From assembly GCA_051362555.1 (NCBI GenBank), contig CM120640.1, positions 29,102,503 to 29,166,502 on the forward strand: a stretch of 64,000 bases of DNA. The letters are read 5' to 3'. Positions 39,101-52,000 of the stretch are shown one piece after another; positions within the stretch are counted from its first letter, which is position 1, and every line of letters begins with the position of its first letter. The position numbers and the translations under genes are program-made. The stretch is from Lingula anatina (lineage: Eukaryota; Animalia; Brachiopoda). The notes below the pieces were generated by a model. That model did not search any database and had not been told where the DNA came from. It was given only the letters and a program-made list of their open reading frames with translations.

Positions 39101-41309
39101 TCCTGGCAAATAATTTTGCGATGGCTCAGAGAGTTCTAGAATGAATGACAAGCAACGACATTAGGGTTAATAATAGACTAAAAACTATCAGAGTGTAGGC
39201 CTGTCTTACTTCATTTCTAAGGCCATCTTGTGATACGAGTCATGCTACACTACAAAAGAGGGGGTAGCAGTGGATGATTTAATACAGGGATACCATCGAT
39301 AGTATATCAATAGAAAATCGCAATCCTCAAATGTTTTTTAATTCATTAAATATAAACGGTCTTTTCTCGTACAATGGGTCTGGTATAGTTGTATTGGCCT
39401 ATCAGTTGGAAACACGTGTTTCGTCTACAATTGCAAATGGCGGAGGTGCCGTGGTAGTTATTGTCGTAAAATTAGCTGGATACGGTGCACGTGAGAAAAT
39501 TATTCATTAAATTTAGTTTTCGAGCGTCAGCTTAATCTGGTAAAATGCGAGACGAAAAAAATGATAGATAGAGCCTTATGACCCACTGTAGAATGATGCC
39601 GAATAATACATCAACGACGTAGTTTATCAGCAGATAAACGTGTTTCCATTCTCGGCTGACTGAGGAAAGGTTTGAGAGAGCATTTAAAGAAGAGGCGGTC
39701 GAACCAATAGTGAGTAGGAAGTGTGCTGCAATCAAGACGAACAATACCGATCATAAGTGGACAGCTTATAACCCCTAATTAACCCCGGGTTACGCGCTGC
39801 TGTGTTGACTCCTTGCTGGGAAGGGGTAGCGGCCTCCTACTGCTGTGCGTAATCAAACATTGTCTTCTAACATGCGGCTACACGACGGTTGCATTGTATT
39901 AATAAAGTAATACCTATTCATAAGGAAGGGGGCGGATGGTAATCTTACGAGAATTAAATCAGTTATCGATCATACGCGTACCAATAGTCGTGTTTTTTTT
40001 TAGCTATACGGTACATGTCTATACACTTACACTATGGTTCTAAGTGAAACAGCAGAACTGACCTACACCATTATTCATCTGCCTTCAATGAATGGGATCG
40101 AGTTTAAGATCTATGCATGATAGTAAGATTTTCTGAAAGTAGATTTAGGGCCCATTCCAAGTGAAACCATCATTCTACATAAAATGATCTTACTCCACAA
40201 GGACTCTTGCATACCCAAATTATCCCTTCCATTACAGATTATTTTTCTCACATGGTGTAATAGTTCTAATATTCATACTGTCTGCTTCCATTCCAGCATC
40301 CAGTGCCATAAAGAAAGGGGACAAGGTTGGCTGGGGGATAATGTTTCCAGATAAGGAACTACAGGACAACAACAAGGACGAGCTGGTCATTTGCTACTTG
40401 ACCATTAACAGGGACATAGCACTGACCAGGGTGATGTTTAATCCTCCTGGAGGGTTTCACCCCCTGGTGGTCATCCCTCCTAGATGTAAGTGTTCAGTAT
40501 CATATATTATCATACCAGGGCCTGGAAAGCAGGTGCTGGGAGGATCCAATCTTTTCATCAAACAATGACAAAGATAAATCTAGGATATATCGTAGTATAT
40601 GTATTGTGCTCAATAGTTTGTCTGCACATCTACATTTGTTTACATGATTATATGAGATATATTTATTCAATGTATGAAATTCTTTGCTGTTTGGAATTTT
40701 AAGAGTTTGTATATGTGTGCAATTTTATTTCAAAGATATAAACCATACATACATGTACAAAAAAGCATTGATGCAGACATATAATAGGACTGTGCTTTTA
40801 ACAGGATACACACAGAATCCTTTCAAAAATGAAGCTTTTAGAAGGTCTATTACCTCATCCAGTTGGCAAATTTTAATCAATGCCATTTACAAATTGTCTT
40901 TTTTATTGCAGTGCATAGAGTAAAGCTGGACTTCTCATGCACAGTTATCATTGACCACCCATTCACAGATGAAAGCATTAGGACACTGATAGGGGAAGCC
41001 AAGCGTCTGCTAGCTGAAGAAGAGGAGCTGAAATCTGCTGGAAAAGACATAGGAGACTGGCAGAAAGACAAAATGCGGTACATCAAGGGGGTTCCACATG
41101 CAAAGAATGAACAGGAGAAGGCCCAAGAGGAGGAGTTATGTGGCGATGATAAAACTGACCTACATTCAAATACACCTGGGGTGGATAATGAAAGTGGAGA
41201 GATTAATTCCACTGATGAAGTATCTCAGTCAAGTGGAAATGCTGAGGAAACTTGTGAGGATGTAAAGAAAAATAAGAAGAATAAGTCAAGGACTTGTGCA
41301 ATACTTTAA
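30149..41309 (+). CDS. SPRYD3-like protein with four SPRY modules and a C-terminal CaaX; ~15 coding exons
   Basis: GT-AG exons at about 30149-30338, 30582-30742, 31214-31301, 31556-31672, 31994-32120, 33141-33286, 33813-34014, 34256-34380, 34734-34901, 35172-35334, 35624-35833, 36488-36614, 37212-37360, 40298-40485 and 40912-41309. SPRY motifs VTIGIAG..HPGHWNNTVGYQS, GDVFGV, CLGVAG..MPGKLPGSVGWQS, GDKVGWGI, PPGGFFPLV. Confidence 0.75.
37519..40011. mobile_element. Intronic TIR DNA transposon relic (TA-flanked, Tc1/mariner-like ends)
   Basis: TA|CACTATAGCTAA ... TTAGCTATACGG|TA, plus subterminal inverted CACAGCAGTAGG..GCCGCT (~37642) / AGCGGC..CCTACTGCTGTG (~39828); CpG-richer than the flanking intron. 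Confidence 0.6.
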
Positions 41310-41832
41310 TCACAAAGCAGCTGTGAATTGACTCAGATTGAGCCAGTTGTATTATGAGTATATCAGGGTTTCCTGACATTTGCAATATTTTTACCACATG
41401 AAGAATGCATATCACTTGATTAGCTACATTTTTACTTTAGGTTAAAAGGGCATGATTTTTTTTACTTGAAATTACGTACTGCTACATATTCTACTGAGAT
41501 CAGACAATTGGATGTACATTGTATGTCATAATGATTAGATAAAGTATACCAGAATGTGAACAGCGCAACATACTTGTACATGGAGCAGATCTCCTCATTC
41601 CTGTTCCTTCTGTTTTTTCACCTTTATTTTTTATTGAACACAACTTTATTTAAGGCTATTTATACTAAAACCTTTTAAAGATATTTTTTTTTACCCAAAT
41701 GTAGCATGGCATTTATATTTATACTTGCATAATACTATACATATGTGATGTGTGTTGTCTTAAATTTAAGATGTATGTAGCTGAAAATAAGAAGTTTACA
41801 TATGTTTACTCATAATTTCCAAGTGTAACTTA

Positions 41833-42055
41833 TACCCCCTTTACACTGGACGGCGTCCTTTCTGCGTTCTTTCTGCAACCATGAAATTTGGCATCACTGT
41901 GGTCTTAATAAGGAGGCACGAGCATTGATTTTGTATCACAATGAATGCTCAATGATCGGCCAGTTGTCGGCACGTAAAGTATTATAATTTTTTAACTTTC
42001 AAATGGGGCGGTACTGCTGGACGCAGAAAGGATGCCGTCCAGTGTAAAGGGGGCC
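41833..42055. mobile_element. PIF/Harbinger-like MITE
   Basis: ~33-bp TIR CCCCCTTTACACTGGACGGCGTCCTTTCTGCGT / ACGCAGAAAGGATGCCGTCCAGTGTAAAGGGGG, with TTA on both flanks. Confidence 0.8.
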
Positions 42056-43064
42056 TTAGTGTCTATGTATTTTAGGGGTGGATTGAGGCCATCTTCTGGG
42101 TCTTCCAGAAGACGGTCAGATTACATTGATGGGTATCTAATTTTTTTGTCGGAAAAATAGAGAATGGATCTACAAAGATATTTTGGAAGACTCTCAGAAA
42201 ATTTTTCTGGATCTGCCCCTGTATTTTGTGTCTATTTATTTTATTTAATTATTTAAATTTGCTACAGATTCTGTATTCATATCTGTGAATATCAATTGAA
42301 AAATCAATCTGTAGTCTGGTAGAGAGTTCTATATACTTGAATAAAAAGCTTCATACCTGTTTTCTGCCACTTCTCTATATAGATGGCAATTAATGTTGAG
42401 ATTGCATCTTGTTTTCTTGTATCTTTAGCTGAGTGACAAACTGTTTGGCTTCAATGCCATAAAAATTCCAGCTTGTCCATAGCGACATCGGGAATTGAAC
42501 ATGTGCTGCATATACTGCTATCAAGAATTTGCTCTGATATACTAACGCACACTTTGCAAAATAACAGTTAAAAGTGCCTCTCTGCACATTCAAGTAATAA
42601 CACTGCATTTAAGCGGACCCTTGGACTAAAAATCCTTTGGAATATGTTTAAAAGTAGAAAATTTTTATCAGGAAACCTGGATACCATGTTGAGATAAATA
42701 TTTGAATGTTTGTTATGTCACCCGGACTGAAGTGCTGGGATATTTGTGCTCAGAGTTGCTTGTTTCACTAGTTAAAATTGTCTGATATTGTTGTTTTTAA
42801 TTAAGTGCAATTGGGCAAAGCAGTTATATACATGTAGATGTATGTATTTTGTAGCTGTGTTTCTGTGGTTAACGCCGGATAGATTGATAAAATGTTTGTG
42901 AGAATCTTTATACCAGTGCGTCTTTTTGCTCTTAAATGTTATTCGATCTTAGTGAAAGAAGTAATTGAATCAATTTTTACAAATTTTACCTATAGGATCC
43001 TTTGAGAGATGCATTTGCTTTATTACGTTATGCACATGGGCGTTCTTTCAGATTATATGCTCAG

Positions 43065-43731
43065 CTTAAATTTGCATGAAAGAAATCACTTTGTTTTAAT
43101 AAAATACCTTCAAATAGGTTATATTGCTTTTTCATATCTGTTTGGTTTGATTAGTCTGCATTAAGCATGTCATGTATCAGACATATACAGTTATTTTAAT
43201 GAATAAATTATTTCTATTGGGAAAATATGCCATCATGATTCTTTCACATTATATGCTCAGGTTAAAGGGCTAATAAGCCTTTGTATCAACTATGAGATCT
43301 ACTGTATATTTCACAATAAAAACATTGTAAACAACTCATAGGAACATAATATATTCCATTTTAACACAATAACAGCTGTTATAGTTATTATATATATTCT
43401 GATATCTGAACTTGTCATCAGATCACGTGACCTCCATAGATGGCTATACTCTGTAATCATCTCTTAAGAGATTATAACATAAAAACCAAACTTTGTAGGA
43501 AAAAAAAAAAAAAAAAAACAGATTAACTTTGAATGTAGAAATTCATTAACCATTCCGAGACAATTCATTTTTTGGCCAAAACAAATAGTTATTATCCCTT
43601 AAAATTTGCATGCAAGAAATCACTTTGTTTCAATGCAATATCTTCAAATAGGTCATATGTTGTTGTTTTTTTCACATCTTTTTGGTTTGATTGGTGTGCA
43701 TGAAGCATGTCATGCATTACACACATACAGT
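43065..43731. repeat. Diverged ~130-bp direct repeat (43065-43190 and 43598-43731)
   Basis: CTTAAATTTGCATG..AGAAATCACTTTG...AAGCATGTCATG..CATACAGT occurs twice. Confidence 0.8.
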
Positions 43732-46069
43732 GTAAAACATTTCCTTGAATAAGAACCACTGCTTTTACCTTTTTGAGATATGAATTAAGCAAGTTAAAAT
43801 GGGTGTGCCTTAAATATTTTTAATAGTGACAAAAAGACAATAATTTTGAAAAAAAAATTTTTAAACATTTACAATCACCGATGCAGGGCATTAGTGGAGA
43901 TAATGATGGTTTCTGACCGCTCTAGAAAACTCAGGTTATGTAGAGATCTAAGTAACATACCGGTACATGATGAAATCTCAGGTGAATCGGCGACTGAATA
44001 TAAACTTGGTCGACAGACGATTTTATTAATTTTTTCCTTTTTTGTTTGGTTTCAGATACATTTAATGAACATAGCAAACGAAACTTGTGCAGTTCTGCGT
44101 TCTAACCCATAAAAAAGGATGACGTAGATGTATCTTAACATCAGTTTTGTACATTTTGTCTGGAGTTTTCGCATGAAACGGGGCTGTGTACTTGCATCAA
44201 GAAGTAGGTCAATTAAAGCCGCGGCATCTCTAGTCTGTGGAGGCAGGAAAATTGCACAACAAAGTCGAATGGAGGCCAAGCGTCTTCAATCCAGGGGGTG
44301 GAAACGCGCTATTTATATGATTATGACGAGCCTAACCGTCAGCACCGGATATTAGTTAGTGACCTTGAGGGGCAATTAGGCTTGGTCTTTGCGGCACGCG
44401 CGAACAGTAGTCGATCTACCACACCTGGGTCTTTTGTTTTTGACAACTGTTCACTCGTCAAGGAGGTGCTTGTTCAAGACTACTGACTGATATCTACTAG
44501 TACTACCAGTGGCTTCATTAGTAACGTTCCCACAATACATGGTTTTCTGTCTGTGCGTACATACCCTGAATTTGGTTAGCCTCACTGACGAGAACAATGG
44601 ACGTTTCTTACCCCTCTCTAGGATTACCCCTGTTCAATCGAAATGGATCGTCTGTAAGTATATTTATTTTCACGCACTGTCCAAAGGGCGATCCAGTGAT
44701 GATATATGGACACTGAAGAAACTACAGCTAAGCTCGCCAGAAATGCCTTAGCACATATATTGGAATCAAGGCTAATGGCAGAGTTTCACTTTCTGACGCA
44801 AGGAAGAGCGCTACGTGTTAGACAAAAGGGAGTTAGGACAGTAAGTCTTATGCCAAAACAGGTACTTCTTAGGCGTGTTTTCTAACAGCCAAATAAAATT
44901 AAACTTTGTTCTTTAGATTCAAAGGGATCATTTAAATAATTACTTGAAGTTTAAAATGTAAATTTGAGCAATATCAATTGAAGATATAAGTTGATGAAAA
45001 ATTACGTTTGGCAGTTTGTAACAATTTGCATGGCTGTATATGTATGTGTAGTGTAATATTCATGTCATTCCTTTGTCACTATCTTGTTTTTTACAACCCT
45101 GTTACACATGCATAGTTTTAGGTTTTATATTTAGAAACCTTTGTTTGGTGGTGGTGATTGGGGGGGAGGGGGTTGAACATAAATATTTGGCCATAAATAT
45201 TTTACTTATGTGCTTCATATGATGATTACAAATTCAGTTTGTGTCATGTTGCACTTGAAACTGCCTAGTCTACATTGTGTCCTTTGGTGAAGTCAGAGAC
45301 ACTGTGAAGAATGATTGTGGCATCAAGATACACCTTTTTCTCAGCTGCTAGGATGCTGTGTGAAGAGGAGGGGTAAGTATACGGTGAGTATGAGCTTCCA
45401 CTGTACACTGTGTAACTAGTCTTTTTCATGGTAGCTAGAAATTCAAAAAGACTACTGCCTTATGTCATGCATTAGTATTATATCTCCAGCCACTTTTTCT
45501 ATGTCAACACATGTCATCTTTTATTATATATTAAAGTTGCAGAAATGGGGATTCCTTGTTGTTATTAGATTTTTTGTTAAAGGTTTGCAGACGGTTTTGA
45601 TTTTTGTCAGTAATGCTTGTTAACCAATTGTTTTTTCATAAAAAAATGCAAAATAATATAATAATAATTATAATAATTGTATAGTAACAGAATCAGGTTA
45701 AAGATATGTATTAATCACCTATGTTGTTTCCTCTCTCTCAAGACCTGAAGGACAAACTCATCTGAAGAGGTGCTCTGCTTTCTGTGATCTTCTTGGCTGA
45801 GATATGGTAAATGCAATTACTCTAAAGACTAGGAAAGTGGAAGGAAGACACTGAACTTCAAATTTACCAAGTAAGGTAAGTCTAAAAGGTAAGAGTTTCA
45901 GTATTAAACAAATCTAGATCTTTTTATTTTTCATTTGGCAAGACAATTACCCTGTGTCTTTTGCTTATATCTTCCTGGTAAAATAAATACCTAACCCCCC
46001 TCCCCCCCCCCCCGACCTCAAATATAAATTAAAATAATAGTTAAAACTAAAGTAGGTTTTATTAAACAA

Positions 46070-49000
46070 AAAAAAAAACTTGAATAAATTAAATAGAAAT
46101 TACTAATATAGTCTTTCCTTAACCTACACAAACAGTCTTGTTTAAAGAAAAAGATAATTTTAGTAAAATATTGAAGATCCCATTCTTTACCCTTTCTCTG
46201 GTCGTCAATGGGCTATTGGCAGTATTCCTATTCTGACAATAGTTAAATATGTGCAAAATATGTTTTGGCTTAGTTTCCTTTTTTGATTAATTTATTTTAG
46301 TAATAAAGTGAATTATAAATGTGTGTAACCAAATTCAGGAATATGTGACAAAAATTAATTAAAATTATCAACAAAATTCTTTTCAAACCCTCCCCCCCCC
46401 CATACTTTATAAGTTTACATAGCTTTACATAGCATATATTTAAGTGACTTTTATTGAACGAAAAAATTTTGTACAAATTTAATAGAAATAAGTAATATAG
46501 CCTTTCCCTAACCCCCAAAAACAGTCTTACTAAAAGAAAATGATAATTTTAGTAAAATATTAAAGATCCCATTCTTTACTCCCTCTAGTCATCAACTGGC
46601 TTTCGGCCATTTTGCTATACTGACAATACTTAAATGGGTGCAAAATATATTTTTGGCTTACTTTCCTGTATTGATAAGTTTATTTCAGTAATATAGTGAA
46701 TTAAAAATTTGTGTAACCAAATTCAGGAATATGTGACAAAAATTTATTAAAATTATCAACAAAATACTTCTCAACCCCCCCCCCCCCCCCCTCAAATGTT
46801 GTAAGTTTACATAGCTCCACAAAGCATATACTTGAGTGACTTTTATTGGACGAAAAAATTTTGTATAAATTTTTTAGATAAAAGTAATATAGCCTTTCCC
46901 TAACCTACAAAAACAGTCTTGTTTTAAAAAAATGAAAATTTAAGTAAAATATTAAAGATCCCATTCTTTACCCCCTCTCTAGTCACCAACTGGCTTTCGG
47001 CCATTTTGCTATACTGTCAATAGTTAAATAGGTGCAAAATATATTTTTGGCTTAGTTTCCTCTTTTGATCAGTTTATTTCAGTAATATAAGGAATTATAA
47101 ACTTGTGTAACCAAATTCATCAATATGAGGCCCAAATTAATTAAAATTATTAACAAAATACTTCTCAACCCCCCCCCCCCTTCAAATGTTGTAAGTTTAC
47201 ATGGCTCCACATAGCATGTACTTGAGTGACTTTTATTGAACGAAAAAAATTTGTATAAATTTTATAGAAATAAGTAATATAGCCTTTCCCTAACCTCCAA
47301 AAACAGTCTTATTAAAAGAAAATGATAATTTTAGTAAAATATTAAAGATCCCATTCTTTACTCCCTCTCTAGTCATCAACCGGCTTTCGGCCATTTTGCT
47401 GTACTGACAATAGTTAAATAGGTGCAAAATATATATTTTGGCTTACTTTCCTGTTTTGATGAGTTTATTTCAGTAATATAGGGAATTATAAACTTATGTA
47501 ACCAAATTCATGAATATGTGACCCAAATTAATTAAAATTATTAACAAAATACTTCTCAACCCCCCCCTCAAATGTTGTAAGTTTACATAGCTCCACATAG
47601 CATATACTTGAGTGACTTTTCTTGAACGAAAAAAATTTGTATAAATTTTATAGAAATAAGTAATATAGCCTTCCCCTAACCTCTAAAAACAGTCTTATTA
47701 AAAGAAAATGATAATTTTAGTAAAATATTAAAGATCCAATTTTTTACTCCCTCTCTAGTCATCTACTGGCTTTCGGCCATTTTGCTATACTGACAATAGT
47801 TAAATGAGTGCAAAATATATTTTTGGCTTACTTTCCTCTTTTGATAAGATTATTTCAGTAATATAGGGAATTATAAACTTGTGTAACCAAATTCATGAAT
47901 ATGAGAACCAAATTAATTAAAATTATTAACAAAATGCTTCTCAACCCCCCCCCCTTAAATGTTATAAGTTTACATAGCTTCACATAGCATATACTTGAGT
48001 GACTTTTCTTGAACGAAAAAAATTTGTATAAATTTTATAGAAATAAGTAATATAGCCTTTCCCTAACCTCCAAAAACAGTCTTACTAAAAGAAAATGATA
48101 ATTTTAGTAAAATATTAAAGATCCCATTTTTACTCCCTCTCTAGTCACCAACTGGCTTTCGGCCATTTTCCTATATATACTGACAATAGTTAAATAGGTG
48201 CAAAATATATATTTTGGCTTAGTTTCCTGTTTTGATAACTTTATTTCAGTAATATAGGGAATTATAAACTTGTGTAACCAAATTCATGAATATGTGACCC
48301 AAATTTATTAAAATTATTAACAAATAACTTCTCACCCCCCCCCCCAAATGTTGTAAGTTTACATAGCTCCACATTGCATATACTTGAGTGACTTTTCTTG
48401 AACGAAAAAATTTTGTATAAATTTTATAGAAATAAGTAATATAGCCTTTCCATAACCTCCAAAAACAGTCTTATTAAAAGAAAATGATAATTTTAGTAAA
48501 ATATTAAAGATCCCATTCTTTACTCCCTCTCTAGTCATCTTGCTTTCGGCCATTTTGCTATACTGACAATAGTAAAATGGGTGCAAAATATATTTTTGGC
48601 TTACTTTCCTGTATTGATAAGTTTATTTCAGTAATATAGTGAATTAAAAATTTGTGTAACCAAATTCAGGAATATGTGACAAAAATTTATTAAAATTATC
48701 AACAAAATACTTCTCAACCCCCCCCCCCCCCCCCCTCAAATGTTGTAAGTTTACATAGCTCCACAAAGCATATACTTGAGTGACTTTTATTGGACGAAAA
48801 AATTTTGTATAAATTTTTTAGATAAAAGTAATATAGCCTTTCCCTAACCTACAAAAACAGTCTTGTTTTAAAAAAATGAAAATTTAAGTAAAATATTAAA
48901 GATCCCATTCTTTACCCCCTCTCTAGTCACCAACTGGCTTTCGGCCATTTTGCTATACTGTCAATAGTTAAATAGGTGCAAAATATATTTTTGGCTTAGT

Positions 49001-52000
49001 TTCCTCTTTTGATCAGTTTATTTCAGTAATATAAGGAATTATAAACTTGTGTAACCAAATTCATCAATATGAGACCCAAATTAATTAAAATTATTAACAA
49101 AATACTTCTCAACCCCCCCCCCCCTTCAAATGTTGTAAGTTTACATGGCTCCACATAGCATGTACTGGAGTGACTTTTATTGAACGAAAAAAATTTGTAT
49201 AAATTTTATAGAAATAAGTAATATAGCCTTTCCCTAACCTCCAAAAACAGTCTTATTAAAAGAAAATGATAATTTTAGTAAAATATTAAAGATCCCATCC
49301 TTTACTCCCTCTCTAGTCATCAACCGGCTTTCGGCCATTTTGCTGTACTGACAATAGTTAAATAGGTGCAAAATATATATTTTGGCTTACTTTCCTGTTT
49401 TGATGAGTTTATTTCAGTAATATAGGGAATTATAAACTTATGTAACCAAATTCATGAATATGTGACCCAAATTAATTAAAATTATTAACAAAATACTTCT
49501 CAACCCCCCCCTCAAATGTTGTAAGTTTACATAGCTCCACATAGCATATACTTGAGTGACTTTTATTGAACGAAAAACTTTTATATAAATTTTATATAAA
49601 TAAGTAATATAGCCTTTCCCTAACCTCTAAAAACAGTCTTATTAAAAGAAAATGATAATTTTAGTAAAATATTAAAGATCCAATTTTTTACTCCCTCTCT
49701 AGTCATCTACTGGCTTTTGGCCATTTTGCTATACTGACAATAGTTAAATGAGTGCAAAATATATTTTTGGCTTACTTTCCTCTTTTGATAAGATTATTTC
49801 AGTAATATAGGGAATTATAAACTTGTGTGACCAAATTCATGAATATGAGACCCAAATTAATTAAAATTATTAACAAAATGCTTCTCAACCCCCCCCCCCT
49901 CAAATGTTATAAGTTTACATAGCTTCACATAGCATATACTTGAGTGACTTTTCTTGAACGAAAAAAATTTGTATAAATTTTATAGAAATAAGTAATATAG
50001 CCTTCCCCTAACCTCTAAAAACAGTCTTATTAAAAGAAAATGATAATTTTAGTAAAATATTAAAGATCCAATTTTTTACTCCCTCTCTAGTCATCTACTG
50101 GCTTTCGGCCATTTTGCTATACTGACAATAGTTAAATGAGTGCAAAATATATTTTTGGCTTACTTTCCTCTTTTGATAAGATTATTTCAGTAATATAGGG
50201 AATTATAAACTTGTGTAACCAAATTCATGAATATGAGACCCAAATTAATTAAAATTATTAACAAAATGCTTCTCAACCCCCCCCCCCTTAAATGTTATAA
50301 GTTTACATAGCTTCACATAGCATATACTTGAGTGACTTTTCTTGAACGAAAAAAATTTGTATAAATTTTATAGAAATAAGTAATATAGCCTTTTCCTAAC
50401 CAACAAGAATAGTCTTGTTTAAAAAAATGAAAATTTAAGTAAAATATTAAAGATCCCATTCTTTACCCCCTCTCTAGTCACCAACTGGCTTTCGGCCATT
50501 TTGCTATACTGTCAATAGTTAAATAGGTGCAAAATATATTTATGGCTTAGTTTCCTCTTTTGATTAGTTTATTTCAGTAATATAAGGAATTATAAACTTG
50601 TGTAACCAAATTCATCAATTTGAGGCCCAAATTAATTAAAATTATTAACAAAATACTTCTCAACCCCCCCCCCCCTTCAAATGTTGTAAGTTTACATGGC
50701 TCCACATAGCATGTACTTGAGTGACTTTTATTGAACGAAAAAAATTTGTATAAATTTTATAGAAATAAGTAATATAGCCTTTCCCTAACCTCCAAAAACA
50801 GTCTTATTAAAAGAAAATGATAATTTTAGTAAAATATTAAAGATCCCATTCTTTACTCCCTCTCTAGTCATCAACCGGCTTTCGGCCATTTTGCTGTACT
50901 GACAATAGTTAAATAGGTGCAAAATATATATTTTGGCTTACTTTCCTCTTTTGATAAGATTATTTCAGTAATATAGGGAATTATAAACTTGTGTGACCAA
51001 ATTCATGAATATGAGACCCAAATTAATTAAAATTATTAACAAAATGCTTCTCAACCCCCCCCCCTCAAATGTTATAAGTTTACATAGCTTCACATAGCAT
51101 ATACTTGAGTGACTTTTCTTGAACGAAAAAAATTTGTATAAATTTTATAGAAATAAGTAATATAGCCTTCCCCTAACCTCTAAAAACAGTCTTATTAAAA
51201 GAAAATGATAATTTTAGTAAAATATTAAAGATCCAATTTTTTACTCCCTCTCTAGTCATCTACTGGCTTTCGGCCATTTTGCTATACTGACAATAGTTAA
51301 ATGAGTGCAAAATATATTTTTGGCTTACTTTCCTCTTTTGATAAGATTATTTCAGTAATATAGGGAATTATAAACTTGTGTAACCAAATTCATGAATATG
51401 AGACCCAAATTAATTAAAATTATTAACAAAATGCTTCTCAACCCCCCCCCTTAAATGTTATAAGTTTACATAGCTTCACATAGCATATACTTGAGTGACT
51501 TTTCTTGAACGAAAAAAATTTGTATAAATTTTATAGAAATAAGTAATATAGCCTTTTCCTAACCAACAAGAATAGTCTTGTTTAAAAAAATGAAAATTTA
51601 AGTAAAATATTAAAGATCCCATTCTTTACCCCCTCTCTAGTCACCAACTGGCTTTCGGCCATTTTGCTATACTGTCAATAGTTAAATAGGTGCAAAATAT
51701 ATTTATGGCTTAGTTTCCTCTTTTGATTAGTTTATTTCAGTAATATAAGGAATTATAAACTTGTGTAACCAAATTCATCAATTTGAGGCCCAAATTAATT
51801 AAAATTATTAACAAAATACTTCTCAACCCCCCCCCCTTCAAATGTTGTAAGTTTACATGGCTCCACATAGCATGTACTTGAGTGACTTTTATTGAACGAA
51901 AAAAATTTGTATAAATTTTATAGAAATAAGTAATATAGCCTTTCCCTAACCTCCAAAAACAGTCTTATTAAAAGAAAATGATAATTTTAGTAAAATATTA

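Noticed and set aside
37692-39744. Short ORFs inside the intronic TIR element
   Set aside because: No transposase or other motif could be recognised.
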